DNA of 63,495 bases, the filler included, from Deltaproteobacteria bacterium (GTDB taxonomy: Bacteria; JAEEML01): the NCBI GenBank assembly GCA_016283195.1. It is 7 parts of 7 records of this genome, joined end to end, with 100 filler letters (N's around TTAATTAATTAA, not from the genome) between each part and the next. Parts side by side here need not be neighbours in the genome. Positions count along the whole stretch, not along the records: positions 13,093 to 21,963 come from JAEEML010000158.1; positions 22,064 to 36,222 come from JAEEML010000159.1; 5 more parts are not named here. One strand, written 5' to 3'. A program made the translations under genes and the position numbers. Below the pieces are notes generated by a model. It was given only the letters and a program-made list of their open reading frames with translations. It did not search any database and was not told the DNA's origin. Shown piece after piece: positions 17,129-27,736 of the stretch; the first letter of the stretch is position 1; every line of letters begins with the position of its first letter.

Positions 17129-19093
17129 TTACCCCCTCATTTCATCCAGAATTTCCAGAACCATGGGCTCTGTTTCAGCTTGTTGCAATTCACTTAGTGT
17201 CTCATCCGGTAAGGTGATATCCATGGCCATGAGCATTTGTAATGCCGCCAGGCGCACCTCCCAAAATTCATGCTTAACCAGAGGGAGCAAAATATCAGCT
17301 TGCAAATCACTATCCAGGCGATATACTTCACTAATTGCTTCCTGTACAACTTCTTTTATTTTTGACTTTGCCGCCATGTGCAAAGCGTCAGAGAGTTGTT
17401 TCTCGTCCATCCCGGCCAGCATGTGCAAAGCGCTAATAGCTTTTTCCGCCGAGTCGCCGGAGATCAGATTATTTAAAGTATCGAGAGCTTCCGGAGTCAG
17501 ATGGTGACTTAGGCCTTCAATAGCTGCCAGAGCCACAGCCGTGTCCTCATCGTTTATGGCTTTTAGGAGATAATCGGTAACTTCTGGCTCCCAAAGAGTG
17601 CCCAGCAATTTTATGGCACTCAGGCGCACTTCCGGCAGAGAATCTTTTAAAGAAGGACTTAATATCTCAATACTTAGCTGCCCTGGGAAATTATTAAGAG
17701 CATTTAAAGCGGCAATACGCACATCGGGATTTTTATCGGAAAGCCAAGTAGTAATCAGCGGCAAATCCTGAGCTGTAGCCACCTTGCCAAAAAGTTCGAC
17801 GGTGATTTTTGAAGGAGGCTCGCCTTTTAGCGCCGTTTTTAGCCGCTCCTGGCTGTCGTGGCCCAGGTGCTTGGTTATATTTATCAGCGCTGCGGCTATT
17901 TGGGCACTGCTGCCACCGGCTTCCTTTAAGAGGGGAATCAAGGCCCCAATGGTGTCTTTATCGCCAATTATACTAAGAGTGCTGATAACTGTGCGCTGGA
18001 TAACCGGCGAGAGACCGCTTTCGCCGATTAGGCGCAAAATGAGCGGGCGACAGGCAGTAATATTTTGCCGCCCAATGGTGCTGATGAGCAGTTCTTGCGC
18101 GGTTTCGGGGAAAAGATCAAAATGCTCGCAGGCCTTTTGAATAGTTCCTTCCGCATAAGTCAGCAAAACAGGTGCGAGTTGCATAGAGAGATCGGTATCA
18201 TCGGCGCTGATTAATGCTTTTTCCAAAAGAGCATCGGTATAAAAATACTTTAGCATCTTGATGGCCAAACTACGCCGATCTTTATTTTCCTGAAGCAGGA
18301 GCTCTTCCAAGAGATTAGCCAAAAGAGACTTGCTCTCCGCATCATCCGGAAGCTCCACGAGGCCTTTTTCCAAAAGAGGCAAAAGGCAGGAGAGGGCAGC
18401 TGTATGGGTTGTGAGACCGTATTTATCTGAAATAGCAATGTTTATTAGAGCTTTTGCAGTGTCTGCATTAGGGGCAATGCTCAGATTTCTGGCCAAAGAG
18501 GTACCGATAAGCGGAATGCCAACGAGATCCGGCAGAAGTTCCAGCGGAATAGGTGTTTGCAATTGGTAAAGGGCTTCCAAAGTGGTGCTGAGCAAAATCG
18601 GATCGCGGTTTTCACTCATTAGGCGGATAAGGGCCGGGGCAGCTACTTTTACATGCACATTGCCAAGAGCTTCTATAGCTGAGAGGCGCACATTGCTGCA
18701 TGGGTCGTTAAGCGCTTCCAAAAGGCAGGGCTCAACACGCGGATCGGGAATTTGGCCAAGAATATCAATAATAAATTTACGCAATTCCTCATCGGGCGTT
18801 TTAAAAGCGGCCAGCAGGTGATTGACAGCGGTAGAACCAAGTATAATCAGCAGAGAAAAAGCGCTGTTACGCAGGCCGGCATTGGCTTCATCGGTCATCG
18901 CACTGATGAGGTCGGGAATGATTAACGGGCAATCGGGATTAGTTGAAAGCTGATTAACAGCCTCTTTGCGCACCCGCCAGCTTTCATCGCCCAGCCAAGT
19001 TAAATACTCTTTGCTATCCAGGTTCAAAGGCTCATTGGCCTTTTCCAAGACAACGAGGCGCCGCTGCTCTTCCAAATCGGGAGAAAAACTCAT
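17129..19093 (-). CDS. HEAT/PBS-lyase repeat protein of the chemosensory cluster
   Basis: Many L.D....VR..A...L repeats; DESWRVRKEAV, NAGLRNSA. Confidence 0.9.
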   Translation of the reverse strand: MSFSPDLEEQRRLVVLEKANEPLNLDSKEYLTWLGDESWRVRKEAVNQLSTNPDCPLIIPDLISAMTDEANAGLRNSAFSLLIILGSTAVNHLLAAFKTPDEELRKFIIDILGQIPDPRVEPCLLEALNDPCSNVRLSAIEALGNVHVKVAAPALIRLMSENRDPILLSTTLEALYQLQTPIPLELLPDLVGIPLIGTSLARNLSIAPNADTAKALINIAISDKYGLTTHTAALSCLLPLLEKGLVELPDDAESKSLLANLLEELLLQENKDRRSLAIKMLKYFYTDALLEKALISADDTDLSMQLAPVLLTYAEGTIQKACEHFDLFPETAQELLISTIGRQNITACRPLILRLIGESGLSPVIQRTVISTLSIIGDKDTIGALIPLLKEAGGSSAQIAAALINITKHLGHDSQERLKTALKGEPPSKITVELFGKVATAQDLPLITTWLSDKNPDVRIAALNALNNFPGQLSIEILSPSLKDSLPEVRLSAIKLLGTLWEPEVTDYLLKAINDEDTAVALAAIEGLSHHLTPEALDTLNNLISGDSAEKAISALHMLAGMDEKQLSDALHMAAKSKIKEVVQEAISEVYRLDSDLQADILLPLVKHEFWEVRLAALQMLMAMDITLPDETLSELQQAETEPMVLEILDEMRG

Positions 19094-19611
19094 GCCATTG
19101 CCTCCATGGCTGTTTCCAAAGCTGAAAGTTCTTCGGGGCTAGCGCCGCTACTAACAATCTTTTTGACATTAAGAAGAGTGAGCAGGCGGCCTTTAAAATT
19201 ACAAACACCTAAAAAATACGGGGCCTTATCGCCGCTCAAAATATGTGGCGCCTCGCGAATGGCCGAGCGGGGAATACGCAAAATATCGGTAGCTTCATCA
19301 ACTATAAAACCAATGGAGCGGCCGTTGACCACAGCGATGATGTAACGGGTATCAACCGTTTCTTCTGCCGGCAATCTAAAGCGCTTTCTAAGGTCGATTA
19401 TGGGAATAATAACCCCGCGCAGGTCAATAACGCCCTCAATAAAGGCCGGCCCCTGGCGCACCGGGGTAACAGGGATGGGGCGGATAATTTCCCGCACGCG
19501 GAGGAGGTCGATAAGATACTCTTCCTTGCCAACCTTAAAAGCCGATACTTCAATAATATCACTAAGATTTTCAATATCTTGCGTGGAAGACATATTATTT
19601 GCTGCGCCCAT
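19090..19611 (-). CDS. cheW: CheW coupling protein
   Basis: FKVGKEEY...VREII...GVIDLRGVIIPIIDLRKRF...GFIVD. Confidence 0.93.
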   Translation of the reverse strand: MGAANNMSSTQDIENLSDIIEVSAFKVGKEEYLIDLLRVREIIRPIPVTPVRQGPAFIEGVIDLRGVIIPIIDLRKRFRLPAEETVDTRYIIAVVNGRSIGFIVDEATDILRIPRSAIREAPHILSGDKAPYFLGVCNFKGRLLTLLNVKKIVSSGASPEELSALETAMEAMA

Positions 19612-20222
19612 CAGATATGCTCCTCTACTACCGCGTCAAGATCCAGAATAATAATCATTTTGCCATCTTCCCAGCCGATGCCGGTGATGAACTCTTTACC
19701 GGTATTGGCTACTGTGGCCGGCGGCGGTTCAATTTGATCTTTGTTAAAGCGCACAACATGGTGAATTTTGTCCACAATAAGGCCGATGGATTCGCCGGCG
19801 GCATTTTGTACTACCAGCGTGCGGTTGGCTTCGGTTTGCTCATTTTCCAAACTTAATATGCGGCTTAAGCGGTACACGGGAACAATGTTGCCGCGCAGAG
19901 AAATAATCCCGGCCACATAGTGCGGCGTGTGGGGCACTTTGGTGATTTGAGTAATCTTAATAATCTCTTTAATTCTGGTTAATTCAATGGCATAGCGCTC
20001 ATTGTTCAGAGTAAAGAGCAAGTATTCTTCCAAATCAAGGCCAAAGAGTGTCTCATTGGTTGTTTGCGTTGCCGATTCATAAGTAAATTCATCATGTTGA
20101 ATTTCATCGTGCAGAGCAAAAAAGTCGTTTAGCGGATCCAGCTGTTCGCTTCTTATAGCCGGAGCCCCATGAGTATCCGCTTGAATAATTGAGAGCGCGT
20201 TATTTTTATCGTTTGCGGCCAT
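19611..20222 (-). CDS. cheW: CheW coupling protein
   Basis: FTLNNERYAI...IKEII...GIISLRGNIVPV...GLIVD. Confidence 0.93.
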   Translation of the reverse strand: MAANDKNNALSIIQADTHGAPAIRSEQLDPLNDFFALHDEIQHDEFTYESATQTTNETLFGLDLEEYLLFTLNNERYAIELTRIKEIIKITQITKVPHTPHYVAGIISLRGNIVPVYRLSRILSLENEQTEANRTLVVQNAAGESIGLIVDKIHHVVRFNKDQIEPPPATVANTGKEFITGIGWEDGKMIIILDLDAVVEEHI

Positions 20223-20244
20223 AATTATCTAATACCTCCCAAAA

Positions 20245-21963
20245 TCAGCTGATGGCTTCATCTATAAGACCGGCAACATCCAGTACCAAAACAGTTTGCT
20301 GATTGCCAAGTTCTGTAGCTCCGGCAATACCGCGAATATTACCCAGAGCTTTGCCCAGAGATTTAATGACTATTTCCTGTTGCCCAACTAGCTCATCGAC
20401 AATAAGTCCTACGCGATTGTGTGCCAGGCCGACAATAACGGCGTATTTGCTCTCTTCGGGATGCTCGTCTGTCATGCCGAAGAGGGTAGCGGTGCGCAGA
20501 AGGGAAAGAGTATTGCCTCTTAAATTGAAAACTTCATGCTGCTCCACAGTTTGTATATCGGAACTGTTGATGATGATACTCTCCAGCACGGAATTTAGCG
20601 GAATAGCATAAGTTTCGCTATTGACCTTCACAATCAGCGCCGAGATAATTGCCAAAGTAATCGGCAAAGTGATGGAAATCTTGAGACCCTGGCCGGGTTT
20701 TGAGTGAAGCTCAATAATACCGGATAGTTTAGTTATATTGGTGCGCACAACATCGAGGCCGACGCCGCGGCCTGAAAGCTCGCTGACTTCATCTCTGGTG
20801 GAAAATCCGGGAGCGAAAATCAGATTAAACACATCGCGCTGGCTCATATCACGCGCTTTTTCGGCACTGATAATGCCGGCGCTCACAGCTTTGGAGCGGA
20901 TGCGTTCTTCGTCCAGGCCGTTACCGTCATCGCTCACTTCAACAACAACATGGTTGCCGCGATGCTGTGCGGAAATGGTAATAGTCCCATAAGCCGGTTT
21001 GCCTCTGGCGATACGCGTATCCACATCTTCAATACCGTGGTCAATGGAATTTCTGATGATGTGCATCAGCGGATCGGCCAAATCCTCAACAATGAGTTTA
21101 TCCAGCTCGGTATTCTCGCCGTGCAATTGTACGCGGATATCCTTATTAAGTTCGCGGGTATATTTGCGGGCCATGCGCGTTAAACGCTCAAAAAGATGAG
21201 ACATGGCCACCATACGCACTTCCATAATGCCGTTTTGTAAATCGTTTAATTGGCGTTCAAAACGCTTGGTTTCGCGGTGCAGGGCGGCAGCTATCGGTGT
21301 CATCCCCTTGATAACTTTTAGATCTTCCCAAATTTGAGAGATTGAAGTTTTAGCCAGCACCAACTCGCCAACCAGATTCATCAGGTTATCAAGTTTATGA
21401 ATATCCACGCGCACAGTTTGTGAGACGGAGCGCAGCGAAGAGTTATCATCAACAGGACGTTCGTTTTCTTTAGGCACTGCCGCTATCTGCTCGGCACCTG
21501 TGGCCGGGGTGGCATTTTCGGCGGCAGCACTGGGAGCAGCAGGAGAATTGGCTGATTTTACTAGCAATTTAGTTGAAATGTTATAGTTCTGCGGCAATTT
21601 GGCGGTATCTAAAACCGGCTCGTTACTGGCTAAAATAATATCAAAAGTAATGGTATCGCCATCGCCGATTTGCGAAGCCGGTAACTTGCTAATGACTTCG
21701 CCCATAGTTTTGAGCTGATTATCAATTTCGGCCAAAGCGCTATCAAATTCCGCCAGATTAAAGGTGGCTCTGATGGTGTAAATAGCCCGCCCCTGTTTAA
21801 TATTCTCATTAAGGCGGTGTTCCTCGTATTCGGTTAATACTTTTAGAAGATCCTGACTTACACCTTCGGCTTCTACCGGAGCTGCCTCCTTTGAACCGCC
21901 GGCTAGGCTGTTCATGCTGGCGATGAGCTGTTTGATGCCGCTGGTATCTGAGGGCTTGCCTTC
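20245..21963 (-). CDS. cheA: Chemotaxis histidine kinase CheA (5' truncated, Hpt domain not visible)
   Basis: [46 protein letters not shown] and a CheW domain; frame stays open to the contig end. Confidence 0.95.
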   Translation of the reverse strand, partial: EGKPSDTSGIKQLIASMNSLAGGSKEAAPVEAEGVSQDLLKVLTEYEEHRLNENIKQGRAIYTIRATFNLAEFDSALAEIDNQLKTMGEVISKLPASQIGDGDTITFDIILASNEPVLDTAKLPQNYNISTKLLVKSANSPAAPSAAAENATPATGAEQIAAVPKENERPVDDNSSLRSVSQTVRVDIHKLDNLMNLVGELVLAKTSISQIWEDLKVIKGMTPIAAALHRETKRFERQLNDLQNGIMEVRMVAMSHLFERLTRMARKYTRELNKDIRVQLHGENTELDKLIVEDLADPLMHIIRNSIDHGIEDVDTRIARGKPAYGTITISAQHRGNHVVVEVSDDGNGLDEERIRSKAVSAGIISAEKARDMSQRDVFNLIFAPGFSTRDEVSELSGRGVGLDVVRTNITKLSGIIELHSKPGQGLKISITLPITLAIISALIVKVNSETYAIPLNSVLESIIINSSDIQTVEQHEVFNLRGNTLSLLRTATLFGMTDEHPEESKYAVIVGLAHNRVGLIVDELVGQQEIVIKSLGKALGNIRGIAGATELGNQQTVLVLDVAGLIDEAIS

Positions 21964-22063
21964 NNNNNNNNNNNNNNNNNNNNNNNNNNNNNNNNNNNNN
22001 NNNNNNNTTAATTAATTAANNNNNNNNNNNNNNNNNNNNNNNNNNNNNNNNNNNNNNNNNNNN
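21964..22063. other. Artificial contig linker
   Basis: N44-TTAATTAATTAA-N44. Confidence 0.98.
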
Positions 22064-22671
22064 GCCGCGGAAGTATTAATTTTATTGGCTTTAGTGGCTG
22101 CGCCGCCGACTGAATCGGAAGCAGCATATTTAATAGCATTTACCATGGCCTTGGTGGCATAAGTATCTGATACAGAGCTTGTTGTGGCAAAGCTATTAAT
22201 GGCGTCAACTATTTCGGCAGACAAGTTGCCTTCACCGATACAGCCGTTACAATCAACATTTAAAGCTGTGTCGGCAGTGTCGGCAAGAATGGCAAAAGGC
22301 ACCGCGCTAACAGGCAATTTGCGGTTCATCACTTCGCTATCAATAATAAGCTCCAGCTCCAGCTTGTCACCAGCGGCCACGAGTTGATCGCGGGTAATAT
22401 CAATAGCTATATCATAATAGCCGTTTACCACTTCGTAATCAGTAAGTTCTTTAGTGGCAATGGGCAACTGCGGATCGGTGCTCGCATTGTAAATAGTGGC
22501 TTTGATGGTGTGCGTGCCGCTTATTAAAGCGCCGTCTTTGTTGCGAATGAGCCCTTGATGTACCAAACTCATGGGTACGGCAATGGTGGAGTCTTCGGCT
22601 TTAGCCAGCGGCGAGCCGAGCAGCACTCCGGCCAAAAATATGGTTAATGCTCTTTTAAGTTGCTTATTCAT
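22064..22671 (-). CDS. Secreted fibre/adhesin-like protein, copy A (3' truncated)
   Basis: Signal peptide (AKA); HQGLIRNKDG...VVNGYY...LELELIID...VSAVPFAILADTA N-terminal domain; tail-fibre-like YAASDSVGGAATKANKINTSA. Confidence 0.7.
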
Positions 22672-22689
22672 AAGATCCTCCTTGGGCTA

Positions 22690-23247
22690 TCAGTGCCCAT
22701 CTTTTGTTGTTACAACGTAAGAGTTACTCTCGGCTTTTTGCACTATTGCGCCGCCGGTAACTTCTACTTCAAAACTATTGCTGGAAACTTTGCCGCCAAC
22801 GGAAACAGGGGTGCCGGTAACCGAAGAAGCATGGTTATCTTGCGGGCCGGGCGGCACACCACTCTGGGCATCGCTATTGCTATCAGGCGGAACATCGGTG
22901 TTATCACCTGGGCCGGGAATATCGGTGTTATCGCCGGGACCGGGAATATCAGTGTTATCACCGGGACCGGGCTTATCGGTATTATCGCCGGGGTCATTGG
23001 TTTTACCGTTAACGCTCTTTACACAGCGCCCATCTTTGCACTCCTGGCCAGCTTCACAATCAGCAGTATCAATGCACACCAAGCGGCAAATACCATAATC
23101 GCAATACATCCCGCTATCGCAGGCGTTGATTTCGTCACAATTTTCACCAAGTTGGCGGGAATTATTGCTACCAACAGGTTTATTGTTACAAGCAGCACTA
23201 AGAAGTGATAAAAAGAGCCCACAACATAATAAAACCCACGATCTCAT
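22690..23247 (-). CDS. Cys-rich lipoprotein with PGDNTDIPG repeats, copy A
   Basis: Lipobox LSAAC; CDEINACDSGMYCDYGIC...; four 27-bp repeat units; GGAGG RBS. Confidence 0.8.
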   Translation of the reverse strand: MRSWVLLCCGLFLSLLSAACNNKPVGSNNSRQLGENCDEINACDSGMYCDYGICRLVCIDTADCEAGQECKDGRCVKSVNGKTNDPGDNTDKPGPGDNTDIPGPGDNTDIPGPGDNTDVPPDSNSDAQSGVPPGPQDNHASSVTGTPVSVGGKVSSNSFEVEVTGGAIVQKAESNSYVVTTKDGH

Positions 23248-23318
23248 ATAACCTCCATAAGGTTTTTTATGTAGATATACCTCATGTTAGGTAATTTGTT
23301 GATAACCTAACCAAAAGT

Positions 23319-23346
23319 AGTCTATTTTTTTTTTTTTTTGAGTCAA
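23319..23346 (-). promoter_or_regulatory. sigma70 promoter with poly(A)15 spacer (candidate phase-variable)
   Basis: Minus strand reads TTGACT-c-A15-TAGACT (spacer 16). Downstream inverted repeat gttaggt...acctaac at 23286-23311. Confidence 0.65.
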
Positions 23347-23454
23347 CTAAAAAGTCTTTCTTGCGTGACAACCAATAAACTCTGGCCTCTTGACTTACTC
23401 TTTCGCAGATATTACTCTTTTGCCGCTTTTGGGCACGCCCGTTTGGAGGTAATC

Positions 23455-24084
23455 ATGCCGGCTTTGGAAGAACTTTTACAAGAGATAGCTACTCACGAAG
23501 AAAATAGAGATTTAGAGGCTTTAAGAGCGGCCAGAAATAACCTTTTGCAGGAATATCCCGACTGCGACGAAGCAGCGGAAATTCTTTATAAAACCGGCCT
23601 TGATTTGCTCTTTTTCAGCCGTGATCAGGAGGGGGCTATAGAGGCATTTAAAGCGGCGGTGGCCAAAAAGGCACCCATTTGGTCCGGCGCGGCGCGCATT
23701 TCTCTAGCTATTTGCATCTCCCGCCGGGGCGAGTCCAGTAAAGCCCTCTTTGAGCTTAGAAAAGTGGCTTTTCCCGAGGCGCCGGATGCCAATTCGGTTA
23801 CCGCTCTCGCTTTTATGGAATATATTTTTGAAGAGAGCAATAATGAGGATGAGCTTAACCGGGTGCGTAAAGAGCGCATAAGCCAGCTAAAGAGCTTAGC
23901 CAAAGAGGCCGATCCCGATTTTGAAGCGCCGGTGAAAGCCTTTTATCTAAAAGAACTGGCGCTGGAATATGTGCGCGCTAAGGATTTGGATTTAGCCCGG
24001 AAGCGCTTTAATGAGGCGCTGGAGCTGGGAGAAGAGGCTATCGGCAGTGAGCTCTTTGCTGAGATTAATGATTTAATGCCCTGA
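23455..24084 (+). CDS. TPR-like alpha-helical protein
   Basis: GGAGGT RBS before ATG 23455; TPR-like helices (AAEILYKTG, AIEAFKAA, ARKRFNEAL). Confidence 0.7.
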   Translation: MPALEELLQEIATHEENRDLEALRAARNNLLQEYPDCDEAAEILYKTGLDLLFFSRDQEGAIEAFKAAVAKKAPIWSGAARISLAICISRRGESSKALFELRKVAFPEAPDANSVTALAFMEYIFEESNNEDELNRVRKERISQLKSLAKEADPDFEAPVKAFYLKELALEYVRAKDLDLARKRFNEALELGEEAIGSELFAEINDLMP

Positions 24085-24106
24085 TTTTCCTCTCCTTTTT
24101 TGAATC

Positions 24107-27100
24107 ATGAACAATATCAATACGGCGCTTAATGCCATCATTGAGAACAACGAAGTACTTACTCTTAGCGGAGTTGGCGGATCGGCCACTGCGCTTATTA
24201 TAGGCCGGCTTTTGCAAGCCCAGGAGCGGCCGCTCATTATTGTGGTTAAAGATGAAGAGCGAGCGGCGGCTCTGGCGGCCGAGCTTGCCACCTTTTCCGG
24301 CCGCGAGATTCTTTACTATCCGGCGGAGAGCCACCTGCCTTATCTGGAAGTGGCTTATGACCTCGAAGCCTCCATGGACCGGCTGGCTATTTTAACGGCG
24401 CTTTTGAGCCAAAAGCCCTTTGCCGCCATTGTGCTCTCTATTGCGGCTTTTAGTGCCCGCACCATGGCCCCGCGCGAGCTGGGGCGGCGGGGTGAGATTC
24501 TGATAAAAGGCGAAGAAATTGCCCGTGAAGAACTGATAAATCAGCTTGTATGCTGTGGTTATGAGCAGGTGACCACCGTGGAGGATCGCGGCACTTTTGC
24601 TCTGCGTGGGGCTATTATTGACTTTTATCGCCCGGAAGATACTTATCCGGTGCGCGTGGATCTCTTTGGCGACACCATCGATGGCCTCTATTATTTTGAT
24701 GTGGCCACGCAGCGCCGCAAGGGCACTTTGGATGATATTACCATCTATCCCACCCGCGAGATAACGCTGGATGAAGCGAGCAAAGAGCGCCTTATCATCG
24801 GCCTGGATAATTTGGCGGAATCTTTTGATATTCCCACCAAAAAGCTCAAGGCTATGCAGGCCGATATCAAAGATGGTGTGAGCTTTTTTGGCATTGAGGC
24901 CTTTATGCCTCTGCTTTATGCCGAAATGGGGACGCTCTGGGATTATGTAAAAAAGAGCTATCCGCTATTAATTTTGGAAGAGGAAGAAGAGCTTTTTGCT
25001 GCCATAGATGAGCGCGATAAAGTGGCGCAAAGCGAGTATGAAAGCGCCAAAGAGCGCTCTTCGCCCCATTTGCCGCCGGCGGCTCATTTTATGGATTTAG
25101 CCGAAATTAAAGAACTTTTTGAAAGCGTTCTGCCCAGAGTGCTTTTAAAGCAATTTTCTATAGATAGCGGTGGTGGTGCCTTATATGAACCTTTAACGGC
25201 TCTGCGTCAGGAGCTCATGGCCAGGCGCATAAATCCCTCCTTGGGCGAGATACTCGATCCCCTTTTGGAGAGCCTCAAAAAGTGGAAAGCTCTCGCTTAC
25301 AGGATAGTTTTGACTTCCGATAGCCCAAACAGAGCGGAGCGGCTGGCGGCGCTTTTAAAAGGGCGCAATTTCCCGGTGGAAATAAGCAAATTGCCAATTT
25401 CCAAGGCTATTATGCAAATTCCCCGCGCCGGCGGTGTGCTGATTGACATTGCCGCTGTAAATGAGGCTTTCCGCTGCGAAAATATTATAATTATTCCCGA
25501 TAGTATCATTTTTGGCTTGCCGCCGGCGGCTACTGGCCGTCATGCCCGCAATTTAAGGCAAAAGGCGCCAAAAGAGCAGGGCGGAGCCGATTTACGCGCC
25601 CTTAAAGACGGCGATGCGGTGGTGCATTCCGAATATGGCATCGGGCGCTACTGCGGCATAAAGCGCCTCACAATTGACGGCATGGTGGGCGATTTTATCT
25701 GGCTGGAATATGCCGGCGGCGATCGCCTCTATCTGCCAATGGTGCATTTAGGGCTTATTCACCCCTATCAGGGGCCGCCGGGAGTTAAGCTGGATACTCT
25801 GGGCAGTACGCGCTGGCTCAAAGCGCGGCAAAAAGTGCGCGTGGCTACGCAAGAGCTGGCCGCGCGCCTATTGGCTCTACATGCCAAGAGGCAGACCAGG
25901 GAGGGCCACTCATTTAGTGGCGAAGAAGCGAGCTATGCCGCTTTTGAAGCGCGCTTTCCTTATGAAGAAACGCCGGATCAGCAAAAGGCCATTGAGGCAG
26001 TTTTGAGCGATTTGCGCTCTAACCATCCCATGGACCGCCTGGTTTGCGGCGATGTGGGCTTTGGCAAAACCGAAGTGGCTATTCGCGCCGCCTACCGCGT
26101 GGTTCTCTCCGGTTATCAGGTGGCTGTTTTGGTGCCCACCACTATTTTGGCCATGCAACATGGGCGCACTTTTGGCGAGCGTCTGCGCGATGAACCGGTG
26201 CGGGTTGAAGTTTTGAGCCGTTTCAAAACAACCGCCGAGCAGAAAGCCATTATTGCCGATGCCAAAGCCGGCAAGGTGGATATTCTCATCGGCACCCACC
26301 GCCTTCTATCGGGCGATATTGCCTTCAACAAACTTGGCCTTTTGATTATTGACGAAGAACAGCGTTTTGGTGTGCGCCATAAGGAAAAACTGCGCGAATT
26401 AAAGGCCGAGGTGGATACCCTGACTTTAACGGCCACACCCATTCCCCGCACCATGTATATGTCGATGGTAGGGCTTAGAGATATTTCCCTCATCAGAACG
26501 CCGCCGGTGGAGCGCCATGCCGTAAAGACTGTGGTCTCGCGCTACGAAGGGCGGCTTCTGGCCGAGGCGGTGAGCAACGAACTCGCCCGTGGCGGCCAAG
26601 TCTATATTCTCTATAACGATGTGGCAAATATTGAAAAAATGGCTGCCGAAGTGCACGCGCTGGTGCCCGCCGCCCGCGTGGCTATTGCTCACGGTCAAAT
26701 GGAAGGCAAAGCTTTAGAGCAGGTAATGGCCGATTTTATTAACCAAATAAGCAATGTTTTGGTGTGCTCCACTATTATCGAAAACGGCCTGGATATTCCC
26801 TCTGTCAATACCATTGTCATTGTGCGCGCCGACCTCTTCGGCCTCTCACAGCTCTACCAGATTCGCGGGCGGGTTGGGCGCGGGCGGCAAAAGGCCTATG
26901 CCTACCTCTTTTTGCCGGAGAGCGGCTCGGTCACCGCCGAGGCCAAGGCCAGGTTGGCCGCCTTGCAGCGCTTTTCCGGCCTGGGCGACGGAGTTTCCAT
27001 TGCTCAGGAAGATTTGGAGCTTAGAGGATCCGGCGACCTCTTGGGCCCCGATCAAAGCGGCAATATTGCCGCCGTGGGCTTTGAGCTTTATACCGAGCTT

Positions 27101-27619
27101 TTGGCTGAAGCAGTAAAAGAGCTTAAAAGCGGCAACATTAGCGCCGGCGAGACGGCTATTGAGATAAAATTGCCCATTACCGCGCATATTCCCGACGATT
27201 ATATCCCCGATATCGGCCAGCGTATCAGCTATTACCAGCAGCTCTCCAAAGTGCAAGATGCCAATGAGCTCAGCGTTTTAGTGTCGGATATTTGCGATAT
27301 GTTCGGCCCGCTGCCCGAGCCATTTGAGCAGCTTATAGCTCTTTTTGCTCTCCAGCCCATGCTCAAAGATTTGGGGGCCTCTGCTTTGCAGGGGCAAGCT
27401 CACGAAGGGCGCACTTTTATTTCTTTGCAACTTAGCGGGGGCGGCCTTTTGTCGCCGGAGCGCCTGGCTGCTCTTTGTGCCGCTCACCCACAGGAATACC
27501 GCCTCACACCTTCCGGGCGTTTGGTGCTGATGGCCCAAGGCCTACCGGAGAGCGAGGGCGAATGGCTGAATATCACCCGCGAGCTTTTGCAAAAGGTCTA
27601 TAGGGAAGTGAATAAGTAG
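24107..27619 (+). CDS. mfd: Transcription-repair coupling factor
   Basis: RGAIIDF, CarD-like VVHSEYGIGRY, GDVGFGKTEVA, DEEQRFGV, TATPIPRT, QIRGRVGR and TRCF C-terminus. Confidence 0.98.
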   Translation: MNNINTALNAIIENNEVLTLSGVGGSATALIIGRLLQAQERPLIIVVKDEERAAALAAELATFSGREILYYPAESHLPYLEVAYDLEASMDRLAILTALLSQKPFAAIVLSIAAFSARTMAPRELGRRGEILIKGEEIAREELINQLVCCGYEQVTTVEDRGTFALRGAIIDFYRPEDTYPVRVDLFGDTIDGLYYFDVATQRRKGTLDDITIYPTREITLDEASKERLIIGLDNLAESFDIPTKKLKAMQADIKDGVSFFGIEAFMPLLYAEMGTLWDYVKKSYPLLILEEEEELFAAIDERDKVAQSEYESAKERSSPHLPPAAHFMDLAEIKELFESVLPRVLLKQFSIDSGGGALYEPLTALRQELMARRINPSLGEILDPLLESLKKWKALAYRIVLTSDSPNRAERLAALLKGRNFPVEISKLPISKAIMQIPRAGGVLIDIAAVNEAFRCENIIIIPDSIIFGLPPAATGRHARNLRQKAPKEQGGADLRALKDGDAVVHSEYGIGRYCGIKRLTIDGMVGDFIWLEYAGGDRLYLPMVHLGLIHPYQGPPGVKLDTLGSTRWLKARQKVRVATQELAARLLALHAKRQTREGHSFSGEEASYAAFEARFPYEETPDQQKAIEAVLSDLRSNHPMDRLVCGDVGFGKTEVAIRAAYRVVLSGYQVAVLVPTTILAMQHGRTFGERLRDEPVRVEVLSRFKTTAEQKAIIADAKAGKVDILIGTHRLLSGDIAFNKLGLLIIDEEQRFGVRHKEKLRELKAEVDTLTLTATPIPRTMYMSMVGLRDISLIRTPPVERHAVKTVVSRYEGRLLAEAVSNELARGGQVYILYNDVANIEKMAAEVHALVPAARVAIAHGQMEGKALEQVMADFINQISNVLVCSTIIENGLDIPSVNTIVIVRADLFGLSQLYQIRGRVGRGRQKAYAYLFLPESGSVTAEAKARLAALQRFSGLGDGVSIAQEDLELRGSGDLLGPDQSGNIAAVGFELYTELLAEAVKELKSGNISAGETAIEIKLPITAHIPDDYIPDIGQRISYYQQLSKVQDANELSVLVSDICDMFGPLPEPFEQLIALFALQPMLKDLGASALQGQAHEGRTFISLQLSGGGLLSPERLAALCAAHPQEYRLTPSGRLVLMAQGLPESEGEWLNITRELLQKVYREVNK

Positions 27620-27736
27620 CCGGGTAATTTGTAGCGCTTTTTGGGAGATATTCTCCATAAAGCGGAATTATAAGGTTTGCACAATTTTTATTCCTGTATT
27701 AGAAACACCTTGGAGATCTTGGCCGGAGTGAGGTAA

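Noticed and set aside
22064-23247. Diversity-generating retroelement (TR/VR) or shufflon explanation for the duplicated genes
   Set aside because: No reverse transcriptase or recombinase in the window. Differences between copies are largely synonymous and do not look adenine-specific.
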